Below are positions 19,526-38,690 of a stretch of DNA of 64,000 bases, one piece after another. The DNA is taken from assembly GCF_009914755.1 (NCBI RefSeq), contig NC_060933.1, one strand, 5' to 3'. The number at the start of each line of letters is the position of its first letter. The stretch's first letter is position 1. Both the position numbers and the translations under genes were made by a program. The notes beneath the pieces were generated by a model. The model was not told the DNA's origin. It was given only the letters and a program-made list of their open reading frames with translations, and searched no databases. Origin of the DNA: the human T2T-CHM13v2.0 reference genome, Homo sapiens.

Positions 19526-19847
19526 ACCATTGAATGATTAAAAAGCTTGGCATCGTAGTCCATATAAGTTGAAATTGAATTGCCATAAGGCAAAATTATG
19601 CCAAAAAGTTTCTAGACCTTTATTTCCAATGTATGTTGTTTTCAGGATGTCCTGTGTGTGTTTGTGCAAAGACAATATCCCTACTTTATGATTATTTTTA
19701 AAATGAAGCTGCAAAACTGTTACTATTAACTGCTAGAGGAATTAACAAATTTTTGAGAATCATTTTTCAAAAGTGCAGAATAGCTATTTCAAACTAGTAA
19801 AAACATGGTCATAAAGTAACAATAATTAAACGTAAAAACAAGAAGGG

Positions 19848-20180
<333 letters not shown>

Positions 20181-20185
20181 TTACA

Positions 20186-20466
20186 GGCCAGGCTCAGTGG
20201 CTCACGCCTGTAATCCCAGCACTTTGGAAGGCCGAGGTGGGTGGATCACCTAAGGTCAGGAGGTTGAGACCAGCCTGTCCAACATGGTGAATCCCTGTCT
20301 CTACTAAAAAATACAAAAATTAGCCATGCGTGGTGGTGGGTGCCTATAATCCCAGCTGCTCTGGAGGGTGAGGTGGGAGAATTGCTTGACCCAGGAGGCA
20401 GAGGTTGCAGTGAGCCGAGATCACACCACCGCACTCCAGCCTGGGTGACAGAGCGAGATGCTTTTG
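20186..20466 (+). mobile_element. AluSx-like SINE
   Basis: Alu dimer; tail expanded into a GAAA repeat. Confidence 0.92.
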
Positions 20467-20500
20467 AAAGAGAAAGAAAGAAAGAAAGAAGGAGAGAGAA

Positions 20501-20564
<64 letters not shown>

Positions 20565-20575
20565 AGGAGAGAGAA

Positions 20576-20615
<40 letters not shown>

Positions 20616-20780
20616 AAAGAGGGAGGGAGGGAAGGAAGGAAGGAAGGGAAAGAGAAAGAGAAAGAAAAAGAGAGAAAGAAAGAGAAAGAAAAAGAGAGAA
20701 AGAGAGAAAGAGAAAGAAAAAGACAGAGAAAGAAGAAAGAAAGAAAGAAAGAAAGAAAGAGAAAGAAAGAAGAAAGAAAG
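20467..20780 (+). repeat. Compound (GAAA/GGAA/GAGA)n repeat, ~310 nt
   Basis: Nearly pure purine tract with a duplicated ggagagagaaaa interruption. Confidence 0.95.
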
Positions 20781-21562
20781 ATTACAAATACACCATCAGC
20801 CTGGTTTCTCCTTTTGAGTGCAGAAGCTTAGTCATCTAAGCAGGAATTTTTTTAAAAAATCAACCAAGCTACTCGCCTCTCCCAAGATCTGATCATGAAT
20901 TATAGAACTTGGGATTCAAGGACACTAATTGCCCATGCAACCCTGCAGGGAGTTGAACTAAGCTCGGTTGGAGGTCACAGCAGGGCAGCAGAGGACAGAG
21001 GTAATGAGATGTCTGGGCAGTAGGGCATTGGCTCATTGGCTGCTCATCTGAGGAATCCTGGTGTATGGATGAGGACCAGACTCTGAAAAATAATGAGGCA
21101 GATATGACTCATTGGTTCAACTTGAAGCAGAAGAATAGTGAAAGACAAGGAAGGGGACCAAAAAATAACTCAAGATGGTAGGAGACATCGAGATGAAAAG
21201 CAGACTTTACAGGGGGCATTGTCTAACCAGGGCTAAGAGTTAGAAATGTGCCTTGATCTGCTATTTGTCCACTTACTTGAAGGGAATTTCTGAGGCCTCA
21301 TATAGTAGCACCAGTGCATGCACACACACATTAATGAATTACATCCTTTGCATAGGGAAGAAGCAAAGTTATCAAACATTCTAGAACTTACATTCAAATA
21401 TAGACAGACTTCTGGAGTTTTTTTCTATTAATAAAAGAACACTTCAAATATACAAGGAAGTAGAGAGGAAAAATATACTGAAGCTCATGTTACCACTGCC
21501 CAGCTTCAACAACTGTCAACATTTACCTTTTCTTCCTTAATTGTAGCTGTGCTTGGGAAGAT

Positions 21563-21693
21563 TTTTTTTCTTTTTTTGAGAATATGGTCTCGCTATATTG
21601 CCCAAGCAGGTCTCAAACTCCTGGGCTCAAGCTATCCTCTCGCCTCTGCCTCCCCCAGAGCTGGGATTACAGGTGTGAACCACTGCGCCCAGC
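21563..21693 (-). mobile_element. FLAM_C-like Alu monomer
   Basis: Single antisense arm ctcctgggctcaagc...gtgaaccactgcgcccagc. Confidence 0.87.
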
Positions 21694-23141
21694 GATTTTT
21701 TCTTTTTTTGATGAAGAGAGTTGGCATAAGGAGAAGAGACCTGGAAGGTAAAGCTAGTTTGAAGAGGGGGAAGCAGAAACCTATGTTGTCAGCACGGCTT
21801 CCTGAATCCCTCCAGTGTGACATTATTACAGCATTACCTGCATTACTTGGTAAATGAAAGGCATTAACTCTGTGAATAATCAGGTAATCAAAAACTAGTT
21901 ACTGCTTTGACTTTTTATTATAGGTTCTTCAGCCACTTACATTTAAAATTTTTAAATATATTATTATTTTAAACACACATCATTATTTTAATTATATCCA
22001 ATTAAATATACCTGCATCTCCTCAGCGTGCATCATTATGTACTTTACTAAAAAGCACTTTGAATCAAATTGCATACCAACGTTCTTTATTATAATTTATG
22101 TGCACATGTCTGCAGCAGATTTATACATTTTAGAGATTATCAAGAATTTTATTTAGACTTTTAATAAATGTGAAAGTTAACTTGAATCTCAATGTACTTT
22201 GGTATTTAGAATTCTATAATATTATTCTATTGTCCTGTAAGACACCATTTTGTTTTTCTTTCTGAGAAGAGTATGGTGCAGATACATGACTAGCAGAAGT
22301 TATTATGGTTACCAAAACCATTTGTGTCCAGATCCTTAAGTTATTCATCTCTTTTGTGTCCACTGAAACTCACAGTCTTTTTAGATTCTGCCAAATAGTG
22401 GCCCAAAAGATTTCCCGAGACTCAGTCCCAATCACATGAAAATAATATTACTAGGTTAAGGAATCTAAAAGATATAGCCCTTAGTGATTGCTTCTCATTC
22501 TAGTTGAAGGATTTTAGCTCCTCTTACCCATGGATCTGTAACTTTTTATATCTGCTCTTGTGTCACTCAGAGGGCCTAAGAAATTTGCTCTACTGATGTT
22601 TGACACATGATAGAGTGGCACAAAGATCTTTAAAATAAAATTTTGACATATAGTATTTGTATTTTAGCCAGCTCTCTGCCATCAGCTGCCACCCCATCCC
22701 ACTGGCTGTTTGCAACAAATGGATCCACTAAATAAACTCCCAAAGGAAAGACCTAATCTCTCGCAGTGCTGGAGGCAACCAGTTGGTTCAGTTTGAAGCG
22801 AATGTCTTGATTGGTTCCCATATCCTAGATCCTAAATCCTTGGATTGAATCTATGACTTGAATACTTGCCTCTTCCACAACCCATATCCTCTGTTTTTGG
22901 CATATTTCCTTACTTCCTCCAGTATTTAAACAAAAGCATTTCTGTATAGCTTCTGGATTAACTCATCTCTCAGACCCTGGCATCTCTTGTTTTCTCCAGG
23001 GTGGATTGGCTGTTATCAGAGAAGCTCTGTGCAGTCCCCCACTCTGCCTTTAAATGGAGTTTGGGAGTTCAGAATTGGGTTACTTTATGACCTGGGGTAA
23101 ATCAGTTAGATCCTCTTAGTCTCAGTTTCACCATTTATACA

Positions 23142-23487
23142 TGTCTTAGGTGGTTCAGGATGCTGTAACAAAATACTACAAACTGGGTGGCAGAAATTTA
23201 CCTCTCATAGTTCTGGAGGCTGGGAAGTCCTAGATCAAAGCATTGATAGATTTGTTGTCTGTTGATGTCTGTTTTCTGGCTCATAGATAGTGCCTTCTCA
23301 CTGTTACCACATGGCAGAAGGGGCCAGGGGGCTCTCTGGGGGGTCCCTTTTATAATGTCACTAATCCCACCATCCATCCTCATGACCCTAATCACCTCCC
23401 AAAGGCCTCACCCTCAAATACCATCACATTGGGGATCTGATTTCAACATATGAATTTTGGGGGGACCTACACATTTAGTCTACAGTA
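23142..23487 (-). mobile_element. MLT1A-like solo LTR
   Basis: gctgtaacaaaatac...gttctggaggctgggaagtc...atgaccctaatcacctcccaaaggcc...tttcaacatatgaattttgggg. Confidence 0.85.
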
Positions 23488-23600
23488 TTAAAATTGGGAG
23501 ATTTGGGACTAGGTCATCTCTGATAGTCCTTTCATTGTTAACATTCTATTTTGTTTACGATTTTTGCCTAATTCTTAAATATTACACAATTAATGTATGA

Positions 23601-23924
<324 letters not shown>

Positions 23925-24734
23925 TGTAAAATTTTAAATAGCACGCAAGTATACAAGTGTACAGAAAATGGCTGTAGAGTCCCTTCAGCTTCGCTGTCTT
24001 TCCCACCCCTCCTTCCACAGCCAAAGATAACTACTTACATGAACATTCCTTGATTAATTTGTATAATAAAATTTTGTCATGCAAACTTGCTTCTCTGTGA
24101 CCTTTCAGCTGCTATGATTTGTGCGTTCTATTTTGGATGCTGTTAGTCATTTAAGAGGCCGGGCTTGTGAGGAATGGTGTGGATGATCTCAAAAGCACAA
24201 GCTTTCAGTAGAAGATCTGAAACATGAACAAAGAATTATTCTCCTTGGTTTGAATAAGAGTCTGTGAAGTTAGTTCTTTACCTTTTGAATGACAAGAAAA
24301 TTGGAGAGGAAGGAGGTGGTGGTGAGAAGAGTGAGGGAGAAAAAGAGTGTTCTCCATCATTTTATATATTTCAGTGTGGAAAACTAGTCTTTCAGAGATT
24401 TTCTTCACTATAGCTCATGAAACTTATGTGGTTAAGAATTTTTGTGGGATTGTGTTTTGTGACTTCAGTGAGTAATTTGTCCATTGACTAGAGTAATTGA
24501 GGACATAGATTTTGGTTAAATTCTATGTAGATAGATACAATATTTCTTTAGAAAAATGTTCTCTGTTAAGATGATAAAATATGACAATTTCTACTGCCAA
24601 ATTATTGTATAAACAGCAGGGTACTTAAGAGCAAAATTTAAAGAAATACAAATGCATTGTTATGATCTGGTTCCTTTGTTACTAGCACTACCTATTATCA
24701 ATAGCTAATTATTTGAACAACACTACTATTGTAG

Positions 24735-25037
<303 letters not shown>

Positions 25038-25237
25038 TAGAGTGAACATAGTTCCCAGGCTTTAAGAACATGATTAACAGGCACATGAAGCTCCTGTAGT
25101 TGCCTTCCTACTGTTAATCTCTTCACTTTTAACAGGTGGTACTTATAACTCATTTTACATTTATAAGATTGAATTCCATTTTCAGTTTCAGTTTCTTTCT
25201 TTCTTTGCCCCAGGTAAAATTAGAAGAATGGGGAAAA

Positions 25238-25589
<352 letters not shown>

Positions 25590-25598
25590 TCAATAATA

Positions 25599-25679
25599 TT
25601 AGGTTGGTGCAAAACTACTCGTGGTTTTTGCCACTACTTTCAATGGCAAAAACCACGATTACTTTTGCACCAACCTCAA
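25599..25679. mobile_element. MADE1 (Hsmar1-derived MITE), miR-548-like hairpin
   Basis: ttaggttggtgcaaaa...ttttgcaccaacctcaa ~80-bp palindrome flanked by TA. Confidence 0.93.
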
Positions 25680-26002
25680 TATGTTTTGCAAGCAGAAAAA
25701 TTGCGCACATTTTCTTTTCACTGTTTTTGAAACTAGTGACTAGGTGCAAAAAGCTAGAATACTAACAATTATACATTCCTTAGAGCAACTAATTTTGTAC
25801 TTCAAATTCTATACCCAACCAAACTTGTGTTCCAGTGGGAGGACAAAATATACTTTGGGATATGACCACAGACATTCTTCAAAAGTAATCTTCAAAACAC
25901 TTTGCTGGAAAACAAGAAAAATAAATTTTATAAGTTTTATACACTTATAAAATTTGTATTTGTACACATGTATGTATGAATACATGTTTTTTGTTTGTTT
26001 AG

Positions 26003-26300
26003 TTTTTTTTTTTTTTTTTCGAGACTGACTCTTGCTCTGTCATTCAGGCTGGAGTGCAGAGACCCGATCTCGGCTCACTGCAAACTCTGCCTCCCGGATT
26101 CAAGCGATTCTCGTGTGTCAGCCTCCCAAGTAAGCTGGGATTATAGGCGTGTGCCACAATGTCCGCCTAATTTTTGTATTTTAGTAGAGACGGGGTTTTA
26201 CCATGTTGGCCAGGCTGGTCTCGAGCTCCTGAACTCAGGTGATCTGCCTGCTTCGGCCTCCCAAAGTGCTAAGATTATAGGCATGAACCACCGCGCCCAG
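26003..26300 (-). mobile_element. AluSx-like SINE
   Basis: Antisense Alu dimer. Confidence 0.92.
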
Positions 26301-26758
26301 ACACAGGTATTTTATGAATAGAACAATGGGAAAGATGTGGGTCGAAAAACATTAAAAATGTAGCTGAGTCTAAAGAACTATTGATGCATAATATAGAAAC
26401 AATTGTTAATATGGAACTAGAATTTCAACCTGTAAGTAGAAGATGTGGGAGTACAGAGATTAGAGAATAGGAAACAGAAGTGGGGTCAAAATTAAAATCT
26501 TTAAAATTCATGCCTTAATCAAGATGACAATGGAGGCCCTGATTATTTCTAGACATTGATAAGATGTAGATATTTAAATGTGAGTATTAAAATGTAAAGG
26601 CAATTCTTAAGAAGAATAGAAAAGGAAACAGTTTTTAAAAAAACATTTAGAAAAGAAGAAAATACAGAACAACTAGATTAATCAAACAAAAGACAGAGAA
26701 TAAAAAGAGATAGAATGCAAAATGATGACAAATAAAAACATATAAGTAAATGGTGAAA

Positions 26759-27127
<369 letters not shown>

Positions 27128-27356
27128 TCAGACTTTCAGACGGGATAAAGAAAAAAAATCCAAATTTATACCATGAAAATATGTGACACTCCAAAGCAAA
27201 ATAATACAAAAGGTTTGACAAGAACAGCAATAGTCATGAAATTGTATGCAGGACAAAGTTATGAAATACAAACCCCCCCAAAAAACAAAAAAAAACCCAC
27301 AAAAATTATGCAAATGCAAAGAGAAGTTTGTAAACTCACAGTTATAGAGGGAAAAC

Positions 27357-28021
<665 letters not shown>

Positions 28022-28103
28022 TTAAAACACATTTAATAGTCCTGATATAAAACATGAAATATATATTTTATGTATTTATGACCTTCAAATTCACATTATT
28101 ATT

Positions 28104-28399
28104 ATTTTTTTTGAGACGGAGTCTTGCTCTGTAGTCGTGGCTGGAGCGCAGTAGCGCGATCTTGGCTCACTGCAAGCTCCGCCTCCGGGGTTCACGCCAT
28201 ACTTCTGCCTCAGCCTCCCGAGTAGCTGGGACTACAGGCGCCCTCCACCACTCCCGGCTAATTATTTTTGTACTTTACTTTAGTAGAGACGGGGCTTCAA
28301 CGTGTTATCCAGGATGGTCTCCATCTCCTGACCTCGTGATCCATCTGCCTCGGCCTCCCAAAGTACTGGGATTACAGGCTTGAGCCACCGCGCCTGGCC
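28104..28399 (-). mobile_element. AluY SINE
   Basis: caagctccgcc, ttcacgccat; TSD cattatt. Confidence 0.93.
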
Positions 28400-28596
28400 C
28401 ATTATTTTCAATCTATGGCACATTTACAAAATTTGATCATGTGTTAGTTCACTAGGAAAATCTCCATAAAACCCAAATAGCAGAAATCATAGTCCATATC
28501 TCTGAACAAAATACAGTAAAATTAAATAGTAACAACAAAAGAAGAATTCTCCAGGCCTAATTAATCAATTTTGAAAAAAGTACATACTATTTATTG

Positions 28597-28940
<344 letters not shown>

Positions 28941-28963
28941 TTAGGTTAAAGAGGAAAGAAACT

Positions 28964-29277
28964 GGCCAGGCGCAGTGGCTCACGCCTGTAATCCCAGCAC
29001 TTTGGGAAGCCAAGGCGGGCGGATCACGAGGTCAGGAGATCGAGACCATCCTGGCCAACATGGTGAAACCCGGTCTCTACTAAAAATACAAAAATTAGCC
29101 AGGTATGGTGGCAGGCACCTGTAATCCCAGCTACTCGGGAAGCTGAGGCAGGAGAATAGCTTGAACCAGGGAGCCGGAGATTGCAGTAGCTGAGATCGCG
29201 CCACAGCACTCCAGCAAGGCAACAGAGCGAGACTCTGTCTCCAAAAAAAAAAAAAAAAAAAAAAAAACAAAAAAAAA
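28964..29277 (+). mobile_element. AluSc SINE
   Basis: gagatcgagaccatcctggccaacatgg. Confidence 0.92.
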
Positions 29278-29609
29278 CCAAAATAAAACCATTCACCATT
29301 AATATATAAATAAAAATTGGAAGCTCTACCAATCAAGACTTACTATGGCTAAAGCAGCACTTCAAGTAAATTTTACAACCTCAGTTCATTTATTAGAATC
29401 TAACAAAGGTTTAAAAAAAACACTAATAAGAGAAGAAGCAGTAAAATAAGCCCAAAGAAAGCACAAGAAGGGAGATAATAAACTGAATTAAGGATAGAGA
29501 AACAGAAAAAACAAAACAATGAACTTTATCTATGAAACCCAAAGCTACTTTTCCAAAGTGGTGTATGAAGTAGGCAAAACTTTTGGTGAGACTGATCAAG
29601 AGGAAGTTG

Positions 29610-29916
29610 GGCTGGTGGGTCATGCATATAATCCCAGCACCTGGGAGGCCAAACCGGGTGGATGGTGTGAGCCCAGGAGTTCAAGAGCAGTCTGGGCAAC
29701 ATGGTGAAACCCTGTCTGTACAAAAAAAAAAAAAGATTTAGCCAGGCATGGTGGCATGTACCTGTGGTCCCAGCTACTCTGGAGGCTAAGGTGGGAAGAT
29801 CACTTGAACCCAGGAAGCTGAGGCTGCAGTGAACTATGTTTGTGCCACTGCACTCCGGTCTGGATGACAGAGTGAGACCCTGTCTCAAAAACCAAACCAA
29901 AACAAAAAACCAAAAA
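29610..29916 (+). mobile_element. AluJ SINE
   Basis: gagcccaggagttc, gtctgggcaac, gaggctgcagtga. Confidence 0.9.
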
Positions 29917-30254
29917 TATGCAAATACACTTTGGAAATAAAGGAGAGGAGTTAACTACAGATTCGGAGGAAGTTAAAAAAAATTATTCAAGTACAGGGTC
30001 TTTTACCTTAAAATAACAAATTCAAAATTTATTTGAAAAGGGTAATTTTTCTAGGAATACATAGATTACAAATATTATTTCAAGAGGTAGTAGAAAATCT
30101 AAAGAGAAAAATAAGCATAGAAGAAATTTACACAGTAATAGTAATAATAATAAAAACTACTCTCAAAAGATACAAGGCCTGGACAGTTACATGGGCTTTA
30201 AAAACATTCAAACTTTGAAGAACTAGTTAATCCCTGCTGTAAATAAATAGATGG

Positions 30255-30568
<314 letters not shown>

Positions 30569-30943
30569 TCACCCCAACTCAACTATCATTCTATCAATTA
30601 TCATTCAGTCCAACTTTTTCTTGATCAGTCTCACCAAAGGTTTTGCCTACTTCATACACCACTTCAGAAAAGTAGCTTTGGGTTTCATAGATAAAGTTCA
30701 TTGTTTTGTTTTGTTTTTTCTGTTTCTGGTATCACTTTGTTGATACCAGAAGTGACAATGACTTCACACACACACAAAATGACCACTATAAGCCAATCTA
30801 CCTTATAAGTATAAATACAGAACTGCAAGGAAAATATTATCAAATTGAATTCATTATTGCCAACTAGTATTAAATCCAGGAATGTAATGATGATTGGACA
30901 CTAGGAAATCTGTTCATATATTTTACTATATTAAAAAGTTAGA

Positions 30944-31249
<306 letters not shown>

Positions 31250-31362
31250 TCATTTGTTCATCCTGATAGTGCTAAAAGCAGTTGATATATATCAACACCC
31301 ATTTGTGATTTAAAGTAATCATAATAAAATAACTTCTAACATAGAGAATAAAACTTTATTAA

Positions 31363-31908
<546 letters not shown>

Positions 31909-32092
31909 TCAACTCAGGATTACTTTCAACAAAGTAATACACACACGAATATTTATGGCATTGTTGCCCATGATAGCCCCAAATTGGAAATAACCTCCGT
32001 GTCCTGAGGTTAGAAGAATTCATAATAATTTATGGAGCATCTATACACATAATATTAGAGGAAAAAATAAAGTGGCAAAACCTGTGTAAAGG

Positions 32093-32405
<313 letters not shown>

Positions 32406-33214
32406 TGACCTGATCTATGTTATATGTTAACCAAAACTAAACTACATATTACATGCCACACTGTAAATCGATTATCCTGTGGAGTAGGGAAAAAAGGATT
32501 GTTGCGGAGGGAAGATGTACTTTCATCGCTGATGTTAATATAAACTTGTGAATAATTTGAAATGCATTCTTTGTTGTATTTTGAAAAGCCTCTATCTCCT
32601 TTCATATTTCTAATTATAAAGGGGAAAAGTCATGAATCCACCAGTTTATATTGGATATATTTTGTAGATGATGTTCCATTACAAAAGAGAAACACTGTAT
32701 TTTTATTATGTGTTATGCTATTTTTTTCACTCAATAATATTTATTGGGTGCTCAATTTGTGCATTAAACACTATCCTCAGGCTCAGTGGCTGAGAGTGGG
32801 CATGTTCTCATTCCAGCATTACTTTGGTTGATTTGCCTGAAAGATCACATGCCCCGTGACAAAGCCTAGGAAGAGGCATAGAGCATCTTCCTCCGGTACT
32901 TTTGTGCATCTCCCTAGTGTACTGAACAGAGATTCCTTGGTGATGGTGGCTAGGCCAGTGCTATTTTGTGTGTGGCAGAGGAAAAAGTCACTGGGACCAA
33001 GAGCTTCTGTGAATTTCACATGTAAGGGATCACATTTGGAATCTTTGCCCTTCTGTTTACAAGATCTATTTTTCACAGAAGAAAGTCAAATTATTTGAAA
33101 TAACTTTCTCTGCAACTAGCCATGTTGGTGGCTATTCGTGGTTTGTATTCTTCCCTGGGATAGAAACAAATTTAAACTGACCAGTGTACAAACCTATTTC
33201 TCTCTCTCTTTTAA

Positions 33215-33657
<443 letters not shown>

Positions 33658-33957
33658 TGAAAAAACACCTCTCTGCTATTCTTTCCCTCTGCATCCTTGA
33701 GTTTGAGCAGAGAAGTGACACAGAAAATGGGATGCACTAGGAGTCAGAAGACTGAGGTTTGACGCCTGCCTTCTGGAACCTTTTGCAAGTCTCTTCTAGG
33801 CTTCACTTTGTGTCAGCTGTCAAATGGAGAGGATGGGGAAAATTGGGGAGGTGGGTGTAGGTGATAAAGAAGAAAGAGTTTTCGAAAGGCATAAAACATC
33901 AGATCAGCATGAGACTTCATACAAGCCCCTTTCTCCTCTTCTTGTGCACATACAGTC

Positions 33958-33982
33958 ACACACACACACACACACACACACA
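33958..33982. repeat. (CA)n microsatellite
   Basis: About 12 CA units. Confidence 0.92.
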
Positions 33983-34720
33983 GCCACAGCTGCATGCATG
34001 CTCTTTGGGTTTCTTTTTATCTTTCACCTATGTTCCCTTTAAAAGTAGGCATTTGAATCCCTCCAAGCACAGCCAGCTCTGTCATTTGTCACATGCACCC
34101 ATTGATCTCCCTGGTACCTGAGGCCTTGAATTGACTTAGTTCTCCCTTTTAGGCAGTACCTGTTTTCTCCCAGAAGAGCATTTAGCTTAGTGTTAAAAGC
34201 ACAGTGTGTTCCCTCTTTGTTAACTTAACCTCTGTGTTGTTTTTTTAAAATCAGATTTGAAAGAACAGGGACCCTAGAAAGTCTGTGATATGTAAATATT
34301 TAGCCAGGCAGATAGGGATAGTAAGCATTTTCTCTCTTAACACAAAACATGATTTTATTTGCTAAAGCTGTAATCTTGTTTGATAATCCATCAGTTTATT
34401 ATCAGCTATGTGGTGAGACATAATGCTACAGGGAGATAATCAAGAACCTTGCCTGACACTACAGGGTTGATTACAGTGCCTGGAGAAGAGAGAGGCTTCT
34501 GGAGAGGATTATGTTAAACATAGCCTTTCTATTTGCAGTTGATTTCCTCCGAGTGCTTTAACCATTCTGCTCCCAGCCTAAGTAAGTAGGTCATCTGAAA
34601 ACCTTCAAGGAAGAGGAGTCTTTGCAGGTGTGAAACAATGAGACATGTCTCTTTACCAAGCCCCATTAAGTCATTGTTTCATGCTCAATGCATTTCTGAA
34701 TCGAAGAACAAAGAGATATA

Positions 34721-34829
34721 GTGGTGTTTCATTAAAAACACCAAAAGCAAAGAATAACAGGAAACCAAAGAACCAAAAGAACAAAGTGGTGCTTTATTAA
34801 ACAAACCAAAACCAAAGAACAACAGGAAA
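34721..34829. repeat. Degenerate tandem duplication, 65-nt period
   Basis: gtggtgtttcattaaaaacaccaaaagcaaagaataacaggaaa vs gtggtgctttattaaacaaaccaaaaccaaagaacaacaggaaa. Confidence 0.85.
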
Positions 34830-35085
34830 GTCCAGGCTGAAAACAGAACAGGAAATCCTACCCACAGGTAACACTGGGACTCCAGCTCTAACTATTAGGT
34901 CCAATAAGCTGCATTAGTAAAATGAAATTTGAATATGACATTGATTGATAGCATTCTCTAAATGCTGTAATCAGTCTGTGGTTTCTAAACCAACGGCAAC
35001 ACACATGTAGGGCATCCTCAAAGCTTCTCCTGGTCAGGGCAGTTGGAATGCACAATCCCAGAGGCAGAATTCACATGTATTGTAA

Positions 35086-35462
<377 letters not shown>

Positions 35463-35824
35463 TTTTTTGCAACTCTTATCCTTGTCTACCCCATTCTTCA
35501 CTTTTTTGAAATTTATCTCCTCAGGATTACCCACTATGCAAAATGTGCCCACCACCCACTGCTAATTCAGCCTTCAAGTCACAGGCCTGTGATTACTTGA
35601 CTGATTTCTGGCCACTGAAAATAGAGGCTGCAGTACTCTGCAATTAAAATGCCTTCAGGTACATTATCTCACTTGAGCCTCTCTTAAGATAAGCAGATGA
35701 AGAGACTGAGTTTCAAAGAATTTAAGTATCTTGAGTTTATACAGTTGGTGATTTCTTCCCTTCTTTTGTTCCCTTCTTGTCTTCTTGCTTTTCTTCTTTC
35801 CTTTCCCCTCCAAACACATATTAT

Positions 35825-36370
<546 letters not shown>

Positions 36371-36767
36371 TTGTTGTTGTTGTTTCCTTCCATTCTTCCC
36401 TCATCAAATATTAATCATCTTCTCTCTGATGAGCATTAGGCTAAGCCTCAGGGCTGAGTCAGAGATGTCCCTGTTCCCTGGAACTCACAGTCTGTGAAGG
36501 CATAGGCCATCAGCTAAGTGCAGGAGATGTCACGGTGTCATGTAATCACACGTGATATGTTTGATGCCCATGGTTAGCTGCGAAGGCCTCATGGAGGAGA
36601 CCAGGCATTGGAGTTGAACATTGGAGATCAAGAAGTGTTTGCCAGGCCAATAGTCCAGGGATGTGCACGTGGGCAGAGTAATCAGTATGCATGAAATGAG
36701 GGGAATGAGAAGTTGTATTATTTTTCTTTGGTTGCCTGTAACAAAAGACCACAGATGGGATTGCTTA

Positions 36768-37410
<643 letters not shown>

Positions 37411-38539
37411 GAAAATAGAAATGTATTTCCTCACAGTTCTGGAAGCTAGAAGTCAGAGAGCAAGGTGTTGGCAGGATTGGTTCTCTGAGGCCTCAGGGCC
37501 TGGGCTTCTAGATGGCCACCTTCTCGCTGTGTCCCCACGTGGTCTTCCCTCACATCCCTGGTGTCCTAATCTCTTCTTATAAGGACAGCAGTCGGTTTGA
37601 ATTAGGCCCACCTATGTGATCTCATTTTGCCTCAGTGGCCTCTTTAAAGGGACTTTCTCCAAATACATTCTGAGGTACTGGGGGTTGAGGATTTCAGCAT
37701 ATGTTTTTGTGGGATACACTTCAGCCCATAACAGAACCATCTGTGAAGGAGGGCTAGGGTCAGGTCGTGTGGATGTGTGTTCTGGGATGAAGCCAGAACA
37801 CCAGGCATTCTGCATCTTGAAAGGCCTGGCCTCTCATCAGGATGAGAAGGATATTGGGGAATGGACACCACCACCTTATATAGGCTCTGCTGGCCGCCCA
37901 GGCTGCAGTGTGAGGGGCAGACTACAAGAAGCCACCCTGTACTCTGTCTGATGAGATATGGATTTGAATTCGAGTTCTCTTCCACCACACCCCAGGGTCT
38001 GCATAGCAGTTTAGGGGAGGCAAGGATTCCCCAGTAGCAAGAGTGTCCATGAGAACAAGGACGTGTGTGGTTGTAGGGGGCAGGTGGATGGGGCAATGGA
38101 GGCAGCGACAGCTGATCGTTTGCCTGTGAAGTCCCTGTCGCTGTGTGAAGTCAGTGAACGGCTTTCCAGTCGGAAGGTACTGCAGCTCATGCAAGTGAAG
38201 AAGCACCAGAGAACGGATGAAGCCAGCTCTGGTGTTTTCTTTTCGCCCAGAAGCCCCTTCAAGTGTTCGTAACAGAATCACATCTCTTACTACTGTGTTG
38301 TGTAAATGAGAGAACAGCCTCCCTTTCTTTCTCCTGCCAGGTAGAAGCACACAGCAGCTCATGGCTGTTGACAGTCAGAGAATGAGATAATTACCCTTCT
38401 CCATTTTTAGATTCCTGCTCAAACTCAGGCATTTTGGTGCAAAAAGAGACAACGCGTTGGGAGGAGCAGCGTTGTTTTGTGTAGTTCCCATTTGGTTCAG
38501 AGGCCTGAGACAGAGGCATCCTGCTCTGGTTTGACTCGT

Positions 38540-38690
38540 TTCTGATAAGGCTCCTTGAGCAGGTCACTTCTTCTACCACTTGGGCTTCTCTTTTACAAAA
38601 TGGGGATAATCATGTATAAATGACCAGGATAGTGGTGAGGATTCACCAAGAGCCCTTTGCAGTCATTGAAGCGCTATGCAAATGTTAGTT
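38540..38690 (+). mobile_element. MIR fragment
   Basis: ccttgagcaggtcactt...tacaaaatggggataat...gtgaggatt. Confidence 0.65.

Noticed and set aside
20340-20831. 163-aa K/E/R-rich ORF
   Set aside because: Translation of an Alu plus GAAA microsatellite.
37922-38362. Overlapping ORFs and a 9-bp inverted repeat (cagcgacag/ctgtcgctg)
   Set aside because: No recognisable protein, and the stem is short enough to be chance.
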